A stretch of DNA of 64,000 nt, from NCBI GenBank assembly GCA_951406725.2, contig OX597824.1, positions 58,714,001 through 58,778,000 on the forward strand. The letters are read 5' to 3'. Shown here piece after piece: positions 1 to 12,193 of this stretch. The position numbers and the translations under genes are program-made. The DNA is from Octopus vulgaris (Eukaryota). The first letter of the stretch is position 1; every line of letters begins with the position of its first letter. The notes below the pieces were generated by a model, which saw only the letters and a program-made list of their open reading frames with translations, made no database searches and was not told where the DNA came from.

Positions 1-38
1 TCACTTGTGCCACTGATGCTAATAATAATAATTGTAAC

Positions 39-117
39 GAAGAAGAAGAAGAAGAAGAAGAAGAAGAAGAAGAAGAAGAAGAAGAAGAAGAAGAAGAAGA
101 AGAAAAGAAGATAAGAA

Positions 118-148
<31 letters not shown>

Positions 149-260
149 AAGAAGAAGAAGAAGAAGAAGAAGAAGAAGAAGAAGAAGAAGAAGAAGAAGA
201 AGAAGAAGAAGAAGAAGAAGAAGAAGAAGAAGAAGAAGGAAGAAGAAGAAGAAGAAGAAG

Positions 261-290
<30 letters not shown>
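39..290. repeat. (GAA)n microsatellite
   Basis: ~250 bp of near-perfect GAA repeats. Confidence 0.98.
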
Positions 291-291
<1 letters not shown>

Positions 292-649
292 GTGTTATGA
301 CGGTGTTTCTCGAGGAGTCGTTTACAAATGGGGGCCACTGAAATGTAGGTAATTGTAATGTGGCGGAGTGAAATTTTATAATGCTTAATTGCACATAAAT
401 GAACGTGAAATTGAAACGCTTCAACAAAAGGTAATGCAAATTAACGACCCTTCACCCTTCACACACACACACACGCACATGCACGCATGCACACACTCTC
501 TTATTTGTACTCTTATAGTCTGTGTAAATATGCACAGATAGAAGAGAACCATCTCTTAGACTCAAAATAAGGTTGTGAAACACTGTCTACGGTAATGACA
601 GAGAGAGGAACGGAAGAATGCAAATTGTGTGCGAACGTAAGTCAATGCG

Positions 650-675
650 CGTATGTATGTATGTATTTATGTATT

Positions 676-710
<35 letters not shown>

Positions 711-934
711 TTGCATACAAACATACATATACATATATATATGAACATGTATATGTATATATATATGTATATGTGTGTGTGTGTATGTGTGTGTATGGAT
801 GTATGCATATATATATACACACATATATATTATATGGGTACGTTTGTATGTATAAATATATAAATTTCGTACATATATATTATATACATTGTAAATATAT
901 ATAGTTTTCTCTGTGTTCATGTTTGATTAACTAT

Positions 935-1011
<77 letters not shown>

Positions 1012-1034
1012 CATACAGATATATATATATATGT

Positions 1035-1071
<37 letters not shown>

Positions 1072-1125
1072 TATGTGTGTGAGTATATATGAATGCATAA
1101 GTATATGCATGTATGTATGTATATA
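650..1125. repeat. compound (TA)n/(CA)n/(TATG)n microsatellite
   Basis: Direct reading; source of the spurious YIYI/THTH ORFs. Confidence 0.95.
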
Positions 1126-1585
1126 GACATACTGTGAAGAAGATTCAACTAGTATGACAGATATGACAGTGTAAAAACAAACATAATTGATGGTCTACGT
1201 TTGAATGGGAAAGAGAAAGAAAATGTGTGTGTGTGTGTGTTTGTGATTGAGGGGAGATAGAAGAAAAGGACGTGTATGATAAAACGTGTAAACTAAAAGT
1301 GATTGAAAGGGAAATAATAAACATAATGATGAGTATAAAATAAAAGTATTTGAGAGTGGTGTCAGAGAGAGGAACGTGCTGCGGACAATATGAATTGTCC
1401 GGAGAGAAGATGACAAGAGGCTCAAGTAGGGAAGTGTCAAGAAATACGGTAACCTTATACCACCACACCCTTGTATAAAGATGACCATAGTGACACTATC
1501 CACAGTGATGATAGAGTTGTTCTATTTTGGTGATACTACACCTTGTTATGTTGCGACCATCATATTATTCCAAGTTGTGACCATT

Positions 1586-1670
1586 CTGGAACTATTATAC
1601 CCTGTTATTCTGTGACTATTCTGGAGCTATTAAACCTTGCTATGGAGTGACTATTCGGGAGTTACAATAC
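1586..1670. repeat. degenerate ~35-bp minisatellite
   Basis: ctggaactattataccctgttattctgtgactatt / ctggagctattaaaccttgctatggagtgactatt / cgggagttacaatac. Confidence 0.6.
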
Positions 1671-1927
1671 GACTACAATCTGTTATGCGAGGACACAGTG
1701 TAACCCCATATATGAGGGGATCATGTTGTTACAGTCTGCTATTTAAGACCTTGGTGCCACCCATTGTAGTCTAAGAGCTCTTATGTCATGAAACAAAAAG
1801 AAACGCCTAATAACCGAGCAGAAGTCAGTTAGTGCGTTTAATTAAACCTTGAAAGCCCAGTCTTTCTAGAAATAATTCTCACATTTCACTCAATTCATGT
1901 CCAACCGTTTTTAGACTAGATATTATA

Positions 1928-2283
1928 GGCACAAAAGTGGCTGTGTGGTAAGAAGCTTGCTTCCCAACCACAGGGTTCTGGGTTCAGTCCCAGTGCATGG
2001 CACCATGGGTAAGTGCCTTCTACCTTAACCTCGTTCCGACCAAAGCCTTGTGAGTGGATTTGATAAACGGAAATTGAAAGAAGTCCATCGTATATATATG
2101 CGTGTGCGTGCGTGTGTGAGTGTATTTGTCTCCTGCCATCGCTCGACAACCACTTTTGGTGTGTTTACGTACCTGTAACTTAGGAGGTCGGCAAAAGAGA
2201 TCGAAAGAATAACTACCAGGCTTAAAAAATAAAAAAAAGTACTTGGGTTAATTCCTTCAAGTAAAATCCTCAAGGTGGTGCCG
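1928..2283 (+). mobile_element. tRNA-derived SINE, family A
   Basis: A-box TGGCTGTGTGG, B-box GGTTCAGTCCC, internal (TA/TG)n and body shared with copies at 4580-4845, 6425-6545, 17043-17205, 19190-19692, 21333-21765, 33780-33885 (+) and 17810-18205, 43093-43320, 44003-44492 (-). Confidence 0.9.
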
Positions 2284-2554
2284 GAAGAAATCACTTATTA
2301 TCTAGATCACCGCTCAACGTAAACATAACGTTTTAAGAAATTTGAAAAGCTGAACGCGAAACCGGTCATTTCTTCTATACTATGTCATTGTATGAAAAAA
2401 ATTTATAACATTCTTCAGACATATTGACTCAAATATATATTTTTTAACCTTTTAAAACAAGCCTTCTGTAGTTTTTTCACTTTTTACTATTTTCTATATA
2501 TATATATATATATGCGTGCATATGTAGAAGAAAACACAGAATGCTCCACCTCTC

Positions 2555-2630
2555 GTCCGGCTGCAATCATCAGCTGAGCGCCGTGCTTCGACAAGATTTC
2601 TGCCCATCAAGGTCAGTATCTCTCCACACA
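2555..2630 (-). ncRNA. putative non-circularly permuted hammerhead ribozyme
   Basis: Minus strand: GAGAT-A^CTGACC ttgat GGGCA-GAA-ATCTT ... GCTCAG-CTGATGA-TTGCA-GCC. Confidence 0.6.
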
Positions 2631-3050
2631 TTGAACAGGTCGCGGTCTCAAAGCTACGAAAATATTTTGGTAAATTAAATTTAAATGTTGAAGTGAATCT
2701 AACGGGTTTTGTGTGTGTTTTTAAATGGCATATAAAAAAACCTTCCACGCTACAATTTCTTTTGTTTCAGCATACGATCTCAGCTCAGGTCACTTGCTAT
2801 GCAAGTACATGTGTGTGCGTGTGTTTGTATAAAGGTTGAATTATATTTCGTCCTTTAATTTGGAGAATCCCAAAATGATTTCTAATATACATTCTTCAGA
2901 TTTTGCTGGTAGCACACTAGCGTAAGTTTGCGAATATGAAAATAATAGTTGCATATGGTGTGTTATGTAAATTTATGGAAAGGAATCCCATAAAACTCAA
3001 AAAAATTATCGAGAATGGAGAAGAGATGTTAAAATGTAAAAGAATTTTCA

Positions 3051-3167
3051 TTCATGCAGACGATCGTTTCGAACAGCAATATTAAAATCATGGAAATTCA
3101 TGGTTGGACAGAAATAATTAAATTAAATTAAATTAATTATATATCACTGTTCTCTTCAGTGCAAGAA
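3051..3167 (-). ncRNA. type I hammerhead ribozyme, long stem II
   Basis: TGCA-CTGAAGA-GAACAGTGATAT(58-nt loop)ATATTGCTGTTC-GAAAC-GATC-GTC^TGCA; intact core, 12-bp stem II, palindromic stem III. Confidence 0.85.
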
Positions 3168-3789
3168 GTATAAGCAAAAAATTATTACAAAGGACTTGAT
3201 AAAGGAAATAGCAGAGTATAGGTATTCATATTTATCCTTATGAGAAAGAAAGAAGAAATATGAGTTTAGTTAGGTATACACTATAACTAAGGCAACTAAC
3301 GGTTATTTGAAAAATATAAGTGGAAAAGGTTTTATGAGACGTTCATTCTATAGAAGATTAAGGAGATAAGTAATTCTAACTCCAAGTCGTATATGTAAAG
3401 AAAGTTGTATAGAAATGTCCAATGGAAAAGCATAGTTTTATTTGAATTAGGATATGCCCTGACTGTTAGAAACAATACTAAGTGTGGTGTGTATTTTAAA
3501 AAAATGTGTACTTGAGTAGAGGATATAGTGCATAAAGGGCTGCTGGAAATGTAACGTAAACAAGTTTTAAAGGGGTAGAAATGCTTAAAGAGAGAAAAAA
3601 TGTTGTGTTAGTGTAAGAACTAATATTTGTTTGTATGTATTAAATATAACGTAAAAAATAATAAAAACAGAAAGGTTGTTAATATTACAGATTTAGATAG
3701 TAAATACTTTCTGTGGGTATAAATATGAAAAAGAACGGTCAGGTATTATTATTGGATGTAGTGAAATGAAAATAACAATATAGGAGAGG

Positions 3790-3839
<50 letters not shown>

Positions 3840-3948
3840 ATAATAATATAATATAATATAATATATAGATAGATAGATAGATAGATAGATAGACAGATAG
3901 TTAGATAAATAGATATATAGATATATAGACAGACAGACAGATAGGCAG

Positions 3949-4020
<72 letters not shown>

Positions 4021-4962
4021 ACAAGAAGGAAAGGGAGGGGATCCAGAGGTGGACCCCTGTTAGAAATTATATTGTGTCTATTTATTTTAAACAATTATGG
4101 GAATATATGTGCACTAAAGCTTTTTAAACACTCTTCTAAACTCTGTGATGAAGCCTAGAGGTACACCCAAGTACCCTAATTTTATCTACCGATCACTATA
4201 GTACAGTGAAAAGATGGAAATAACATGTGGGGTACTGTGACCTCTATATATCTACCCTCTTTGTAATGTTGGCAAATGGAATAAGTATAAAAATGAACAT
4301 AGTCAATTTAATTTTAAAAATTCCATATGTGGCTTAAGAGTGCTCTACACTTTAAAACTGATGTAATACTTACATTGTTTTATTAAATGAAGTAGCAGGA
4401 AACGATTGTACTACACTACCTTTGGATATCCTTGCTGCTTATTTTGATTATAATCACCCCATTTGATTTATATGGATAATACCATACCAAATTCTGGTGC
4501 CTTTAACTTAAGTACCATATTCATCTGAATCTAAATTTTTGCTGAATATATCAATACGGATATGGATATGGATATATTTTAGCCTTGTGGATGGATTTCG
4601 TACACGGAAACTGTAAGAAGACTGTCGTATATATTTGTATGTGTGTGTCTGCATTTGTACCCCCACCATTGCTTGACAACCGATGTTGCTGTGTTTACGT
4701 TCCCATAATTTAGTGGTTCGGTAAAAAGCATTGATAGAATAAGTACTAGGCTTACAAAGAATAAAACCTGTGGTCGATTTTTTCCACGAACGGTGGTGCC
4801 CCAGCATGGCTGCAGCTACATGACTGAAACATAGAAAACTATAAAAAAACTATGCCATCTTAATTTCGAGCAAGTCCGGATATCTCTGTTAGTATATATA
4901 CATACATGCGTACATACAAATATGTGTATATGTGTGTGTGTATATATATATATATATATACA

Positions 4963-5185
4963 TGTTTCTTTATTACCCACAAATATATAGAGGGGACAAA
5001 CAAGGACAGACAAACGGATTAAGTCGATTACATCGACCCCAGTGCGTAACTGGTACTTAATTTATCGACCCCGAAAGGATGAAAGGCAAAGTCGACCTCG
5101 GCGGAATTTGAACTCAGAACGTAGCAGCAGACAAAATACGACTACGCATTTCGCCCGGCGTGCTAACGTTTCTGTCAGCTCGCCG
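4963..5185 (-). mobile_element. tRNA-derived SINE, family B
   Basis: Reverse complement of GGCGAGCTGGCAGAAACGTTAGCAC...GAGTTCAAATTCCGCCGAGGTCGACTTTGCCTTTCATCCTTTCGGGGTCGATAAATTAAGTACCAG; more degenerate minus copies near 23700-23895, 49140-49340 and 50915-51100. Confidence 0.9.
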
Positions 5186-5440
5186 ACTTGGTAAACAAGC
5201 TACTTACCACACAGTCACTCCTGCGCCTATGTATATATATATATATATATATATGTTCCATGTTTTTACATATTTGTGTACACTTATTCGTGTTATCATT
5301 ATTTTTTTTACGTATTTTTGTAATTTTATTTGTGTAATATCGTCCGGTTTTCCGTCCTTGTTTTGTATACATTCGAGGCTTTCTTCCAAGGAATCTAATG
5401 CGCTTGGCTTAAATTTTCCTTTATGGCTGGCCAGATCGGA

Positions 5441-5506
5441 GCAATCTCAAGATTAATCAGCCGAAATTGCGAGGATGATCCGGTTCTTGACTGAAGATTG
5501 AAGGCT
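5441..5506 (+). ncRNA. putative non-circularly permuted hammerhead ribozyme
   Basis: GCAAT-C^TCAAGA ttaatc AGCC-GAA-ATTGC ... TCTTGA-CTGAAGA-TTGAA-GGCT; stems I and III covary with the 58 kb copies. Confidence 0.75.
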
Positions 5507-5585
5507 TCGAATGTCCCGTCCGTGTTTTTAGTATCGTCTCCTAAATGTTTTACGTTCTTGTCCCAGTTTGTATTTTTTTACATTT

Positions 5586-5638
<53 letters not shown>

Positions 5639-6226
5639 TGACGTTCGTACCCTTTTGGGTCTTATACGCAAGTATATATTTCTTTAACACATGGTACGAC
5701 TCTACAACACTATCTCTCTCCATCCTCTCCTACATTTCTCTGCCTTTCACACTTTGCACTCCATTTTGATCTGTCTCTTTCTCTCTCTCTCTCTCTTCTC
5801 CTCCTCCTTTGTTCCTTGTTCCCCTTCTTTTTCTCGTCATCTGTCCCTCTTTCCTCTCTCTTCTCCTCACACGTGACTAGCCGACCTATTGCTGGCCTTT
5901 TCGTGGCCAGTAGCCGTCGCGGCAAGACACGTTTTTCTCTCTCTCGCCCTAAGGCATATTTCTAACGCCAGCTCAAAATTTATTCGTCCTGTCAAAAAGA
6001 CGCTTGTCTGTGACGTCCTGTTCTTGTTATTATTATTATCATTATTGTTTTTACGTAGTTTTGTACACTTATTCGTGTTATCATTATTTTTTTTTACGTA
6101 TTTTTGTAATTTTATTTGTGTAATATCGTCCGGTTTTCCGTCCTTGTTTTGTATACATTCGAGGCTTTCTTCCAAGGAATCTAATGCGCTTGGCTTAGAT
6201 TTTCCTTTGGGGCTGGCCAGATCGGA

Positions 6227-6292
6227 GCAATCTCAAGATTAATCAGCCGAAATTGCGAGGATGATCCGGTTCTTGACTGAAGATTGAAGGCT
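6227..6292 (+). ncRNA. putative non-circularly permuted hammerhead ribozyme (second copy)
   Basis: Identical to 5441-5506. Confidence 0.75.
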
Positions 6293-6371
6293 TCGAATGT
6301 CCCGTCCGTATTTTTAGTATCGTCTCCTAAATGTTTTACGTTCTTGTACTAGTTTGCATTTTTTTACATTT

Positions 6372-6428
<57 letters not shown>

Positions 6429-6545
6429 TCCGGGTTCAGTCCCACTGCGTGGCAACTTGGGCGAATGTCTTCCACTATATCCACGGGCCGACCAAAGCCT
6501 TGTGAGTGGATTTGGTAGACGGGAATTGAAAGAAGCCTGTCGTTC

Positions 6546-6597
<52 letters not shown>

Positions 6598-6777
6598 GAT
6601 GAGTGTATTTTACCTTGTTAACAATTAACACGGATAAATGAATGAATAGTTACCAGGGCAGCAAAAATCTCACAAGTAAAGATGTTGTAACTCCTTGTTT
6701 ATAAAGGTTGAAACATATGTAGAAAGTAAAAATACTTGTTTAAACCTGCGTTAACTCCATTTTTTATTCATATACAC

Positions 6778-7148
6778 ACACACACACACACACACAAATA
6801 CACACAGATACGTATACACGTACACACATTTGTATGTATGCATATATATATGTATGTATGTATGTATGTATATGTATACATACATACAAATATGTATATA
6901 TATTATTTTATTCTTTTATTTGTTTCAGTCATTTGACTGCGGCCATGCTGGAGGACCGGCTTTAATCGAGGAAATCGACCCCAGGACTTATGCTGGTGTG
7001 TTGACGCCCCCGTCACCTAGCGATTCAGCAAGAGAGCCCTATAGAATAAGTCCTGGGGTCGATTTCCTCGATTAAAGCCGCAGTCAAATGACTGAAACAA
7101 ATAAAAGAATAAAATAATATATATACATATTTGTATGTATGTATACAT

Positions 7149-7181
<33 letters not shown>

Positions 7182-7242
7182 TGCATACATACAAATGTGT
7201 GTACGTGTATACGTATCTGTGTGTATTTGTGTGTGTGTGTGT
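6778..7242. repeat. inverted duplication (~200-bp arms) of a SINE-A tail plus flank
   Basis: 6778-6991 is the reverse complement of 7046-7242, apart from a ~17-nt gap and microsatellite length; 54-nt SINE-derived spacer. Confidence 0.9.
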
Positions 7243-7701
7243 ATTATATTGTCTCGTGATCACACGCACACATGTCGAAAGTGAAATAACTTTTGTATAG
7301 TTGTCCTGACAGATGAGATTTCTGTTTCTTGTACTCTCTAGAAGAGAACGTGCTGGTGAAATTCAAAGGTTTTTGACTCTGAGCAGTAATGAATAGACCA
7401 AGTGTTTACTGCGGTAACTGGAAGAGTGTGAGGTATAGTAGATATGAAGGGATTTCGAGAGAGAGAGAGAGGTGGGGAGAGATTTTATGAGTAGCAAAGT
7501 GGCTTTTGAAGTTTGTTAATTACTGTGGTATCTAGAAGTGAGAGTGATACAGTAGAAGTGTCAGAAGTTGGAGGGAGATCCTGTCTGGCGAAGTTATGGT
7601 TAAGTCATTCATTAATTAAACTAGGAATGAGACAAATGCATTAAATATTGGCAGAAGTTGGAAAGCGAGAGAGAGAGAGAGAAAGCGAGAAAGAGAGAGA
7701 A

Positions 7702-7753
<52 letters not shown>

Positions 7754-8255
7754 TTGAGTTAGTTAGTTTTAAGTACAGATACTGAGAGATTGTTTTTACT
7801 TGGAATGGAGTGTCACAGTGAAGAAATATCATCCTCGTGACCCTTCTTTAGGATTTAGTGTATTCAGCTAAAACTTATTTCCAGTAACGTTGTGGCTCGG
7901 TTGAACAACTGATCAGGCTAAAGTATTCCTTGGCTCTCAAAGGCTAATCTTATAAACAGATAATTAGAGTTTGTACAAGCTAGCATTAATGGATTTTAGA
8001 TCAATGCTCTTATACGCAGCAATGGTGTCACATGGTGTGCAAAGACACATTTTGTGTTTTTATGTCTTGAATAATACTACCACATGTCGTTATCTTATCT
8101 GTACGTTGTGGGACAATACTACTAACTATAATCCATGAAAGGAATTAATGAATAAGCACATATTCTGTTATGTAAATTAAAGTGTGAGTCCTCGTCTACA
8201 AAACGTAAGTAGCTATAAGCTATTAATTCTTTTGTGGACTAATGTTGAACATGTA

Positions 8256-8300
8256 TTCACTGCTGAAGGTCAAAGAAGACTAGGAACTGTTCAGGATGAT
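8256..8300 (+). ncRNA. degenerate type I hammerhead remnant
   Basis: TCA-CTGCTGA-A-GGTC..GACT-A-GGAAC-TGTTCA-GGA-TGA; three core mismatches. Confidence 0.3.
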
Positions 8301-9654
8301 CTCACGTTTTCTGTCTATTGATGGTATAACGCCTGTGACTTAAACTTATATTTGAAATTATCGCCAAATTACTAGCAATATGGGGGAGGGGTTAGCTGAC
8401 CTGACCACAAGAAATTACTATCCTTAAAAGGAAACGCGTATATAACAAAATATTCTAGTGCTTTTGAATAATTGAATAATGAAGATTTTTTTCCAGAATT
8501 TCTTTGACAAAACAATGTTTCACCATCGGATATACATGCCACGAAAACAGAATAAATGCTTTAACACTTGACAGAACACTCTTTTCATTCCTCAATGTCG
8601 CTATGTACATCAACAGAATTAGAATTAAAAAAAAAAAAAATTGACCTATAGAAACAAAATTACTGATGAATCAACCAAAAAAGGCACAACCTTTTTAACA
8701 AATAAGCTAATGGATACTATGTTCAATCTAGAGAAACCCAGATATAATAACAAAATGGAACAAAAAGGACAAAGCAACTGAAAAAATAACTAAGGAAAAG
8801 TGAGCGTACGACAACAATTAATACAAATAACATTACAAATGAAAACGATAGCCACACACATAAAACTAGGATGAAACACGGAAAAGTTATTCAACTGAAA
8901 GATTGCTGTGGCGTGAAACTCGAGTCACAAGGAAACAAATTGATTCTTATCTAAACAATACACTCTTCATCATGAATTGTATTCTCCATTCCTCTTTCAT
9001 TTACAAGCTGTAACATTTAGACATAAACACACATACTCACAGATACACGCATACACACACACACATACACACACTCTCTCACCTATGCACATACCCACGC
9101 ACACATTTACGTAGAAGAAAAAAACATTAAAGTTATAAATAAAAAGCAGTATCTTCACTATACTTGGTTAACCAAGCGTAAAGGCAGATTTACGATCGCC
9201 ATTTAATGCTTCAAGATGTCTTAAGAATGTCATACCCCACCCCATTCACCTCCCCAACTTATACTAATCCGCTACATCTAGATTTATTTTTATTTAGTAA
9301 TTCTCAATAAGATGGGTTTTGAAATAAAAATAATTAACATTGAAATAATGTCATAGGAACCCATAGGAAAGGGTTGTTAGTCGTATCGATACTGTTACGA
9401 TTTCGTTACGATTTGAAAAGTGAAACCAAAGCGAGCGATATTTGAACTGGAACCTTGAAGCGTCCTGAATATCTCTAATCTGAATTCACGTAGAGTTGTG
9501 TGCTCCAGAAATCCTCATCATAACTACGGGTTTCCGAGTTTAGTCCCACTACGCGGTACCTTGGACAGGTACCAAATAAAAACCACTGGCAAAAAGGAAA
9601 CTCATGTATGTCTTCGTATTTGCATGTATCTATAATATGCAGATATGTGTTTAT

Positions 9655-9688
<34 letters not shown>

Positions 9689-9719
9689 GCACACACACAC
9701 ACACACTCAGACCTTGTCT

Positions 9720-9770
9720 AGAGCTTGATAAGTGCCAACGCACGAAACTCTCTGACCTTGAGTCATCCGG
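9720..9770 (+). ncRNA. hammerhead-like motif with U3-A8 core variant (degenerate second copy 10024-10070)
   Basis: TTGATAA-GTGC(CAAC)GCAC-GAA-ACTC(9 nt)GAGT-C^; stem I is poor in each copy. Confidence 0.55.
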
Positions 9771-9912
9771 TTGTTTCTGCTAAATATTAATAAAAAATAT
9801 ACATGTACTCATATTCTGAGTTCAGTTTTCCTGTTTGCACTAACATACTTATATGTGTGTGTGTGTGTATATATATATATAAGAACTTGCTGTGGATATA
9901 TATCTATATCTA

Positions 9913-9961
<49 letters not shown>

Positions 9962-10099
9962 CATGTACTGCTCTGAGTTTCGTCAATAACTGTTCACTTT
10001 CTTTATGCATTCGTGGAGGCATGGCTTATCAAGTACCAACGCACGAAACTCTCAGACCTCGAGTCACTCTGTCACTTTTGTTAAATATTAAGATATATG

Positions 10100-12193
10100 T
10101 ATGCATGGGCGAGTTCTACCAGTATGCCTCGGGAGTGGCCATGGGAACGAGAACGGGCCCCAACTATGCGAACCTGTTCGTTGGCTATGTTGAGGGCCAA
10201 ATATTCTCCAGCTTCACTGGTGCCACTCTCGAACTATAAGGCCGTTATATTGACGACTTTATCGGAGCCACCTCACTCTCCCTCGAACATCTAGACTCCT
10301 TCCTCTCATTCGTCAAATCTTTCCATCCTGCCCGCCACTACCCCTGCACTATCTCTGATACCTCCTTTCTTGACATTTCAGTCAGCATTCATCACACCAC
10401 TCTTACCATCTCCATCCACTACAAACACAGATACTCACACTCATACCTCAACTTCTCCTCCTCCCACCCCAAACACACCAAGCTTTCCATCCCCTATTCC
10501 CAATTCTTCCGTCTACGCAGGCTCTGTAGTGACGACCATGACTTTGAGACTCAGTCTCAACTCATGACTCGCCACTTCATCCTACGTGGATATCCCCTCA
10601 CCACTATCCACACCACCCTTGCCAGAGAACGTTCCGTGGATCGTGCATCTGCTCTCTCCCCCCGAACCCGCCCTGCAGTCCCCCGCCTCCCTTTTCCCCT
10701 CACATACCACCCCACCACCCTTCCTCTCCAACGCAACATTCTCTAAGCCTTCCGGCATCTCCAGTCCGACCCGTCCACTTCACACATCTTCCCTAACCAA
10801 CCCCTCCCCTCCTTCAAACGAGCCCACAACCTACGAGACCTCTTGGTCCACAGCTTCTTCCTCAACCCTACCTCCAAACCTGGTTCGTTCCCCTGCTTCC
10901 ACCCACGCTGTCACACTTGCCCTTACCTCTCTAACACTACCCTCCTCACCGGCACCCATCATCGACCCTATCGCATCACCGACTCCTTCACCTGCACCTC
11001 CAACAATATCATCTATTGCAACTCCTGCTCTCTCTGCCATTCCATGAACATCGGACAAACGGGACACCGCTTGGCTGACCTGTTCGCGGAACATCTCTGA
11101 GACATTCGACTCGACAATGACACCCCGGTCTCACGCCATTTCCGCTCCACCGGTCACTCCTTGCAACACCTGTCTGTGTTCGGATTGTCCTTGCACAGAG
11201 GCCATCCGGGCTCTCGTTTGCACTCTCTTCGCTCTCTTACGCCATTTGAGCTCAACACTCCTCCCCTCTTCATCTAACCTCCTCCCCGACTCCCACTTCT
11301 CTTCACTCCTACATCTCTTCACCCCTAGTCTCTTTCCCTCTTCTCTCTTACTCTATGTCCCTCTTCTGTCTTACCCTCTTTCTCTCTTCTCTCTTACTCT
11401 CTGTCTCTCTTCTCTCTTTCTCTCTTCTCTCTTACTCTCTTCTCTCTTACTCTCTTTCTCTCTTCACTCTTACTCCCTTCTCTCTTCTCTCTTGCTCTCT
11501 TTCTCTCTTCTCTCCTCCTCTCTCCTCACATATCCACCTTCCCCTCCCCCATAAGCCCACCCACCTCTACACATTCCTACTCCACCTTCCCTATCCTTCT
11601 CACCCCCATCCCATCACCCCATCGTATCCCACACGCCCTCTCCCACATACCCCACCCTACCCCCACCCTCTGCCTACTTACAAAACCCCAACTCTACCCC
11701 AACCCTCAGCCGAGCCCACACCCCACCTATGCTTTCCCCACTCTCGCCTCCCTCACCTCCCAACAACATTACACCATACAACATTACACCATACAACATT
11801 ACACATCACATCACAACACACCACCCACACACCCATCCCCACATTTTCACACCTACACATACATACATGCACACGTCCAGACCACCAGCCCTCTTTCACA
11901 CGCACATACATACTCACTTATACACACAACCACCTTCGTGTTGGGGGTCATCTTTACTTTGTTATCTCCCCTACTTTCCTACTCGTGTGTGACCCTTCTG
12001 TCCGAGTCAGTCGCCATGATAGATCGTTAGCCACTACACACATTTTTTCTCTCCTTGTTTTTTCTGTGTCCCTTTCTGTAGACGAGCGTAGGCTCGAAAC
12101 GTAAAGGACTTTTTCTATTCCTGAGCGTTATACTAATACATCTGTTTGTTTTTTACACCACCTGTCTTCGTCTTTTGTTTTTTCGTAAACTCT

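Larger units (their letters stand above)
5261..6375 (+). mobile_element. non-autonomous repeat (family C) in partial tandem: 5261-5589 duplicates the 3' part of 5640-6375; probably PLE pLTR/retrozyme-like
   Basis: Near-identical ~320-bp duplication, (TA)n/(CA)n flanks, no ORF; related copies at 57915-58625 and 58737-59561 (-). Confidence 0.75.

Noticed and set aside
587-1148. YIYI/THTH/VCVC/LSIY ORFs here and throughout the window
   Set aside because: Translations of (TA)n, (CA)n and (CTAT)n microsatellites
1928-2000. tRNA-like A/B boxes as tRNA genes
   Set aside because: They are SINE heads continuing into repeat bodies, with no complete cloverleaf
2300-2375. GAAAC-CG-GTC half hammerhead
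   Set aside because: No CUGANGA upstream on that strand
4143-4230. GTGATGA-A-GCC followed by a long hairpin
   Set aside because: The GAAA/NUH half is missing; at most a truncated remnant
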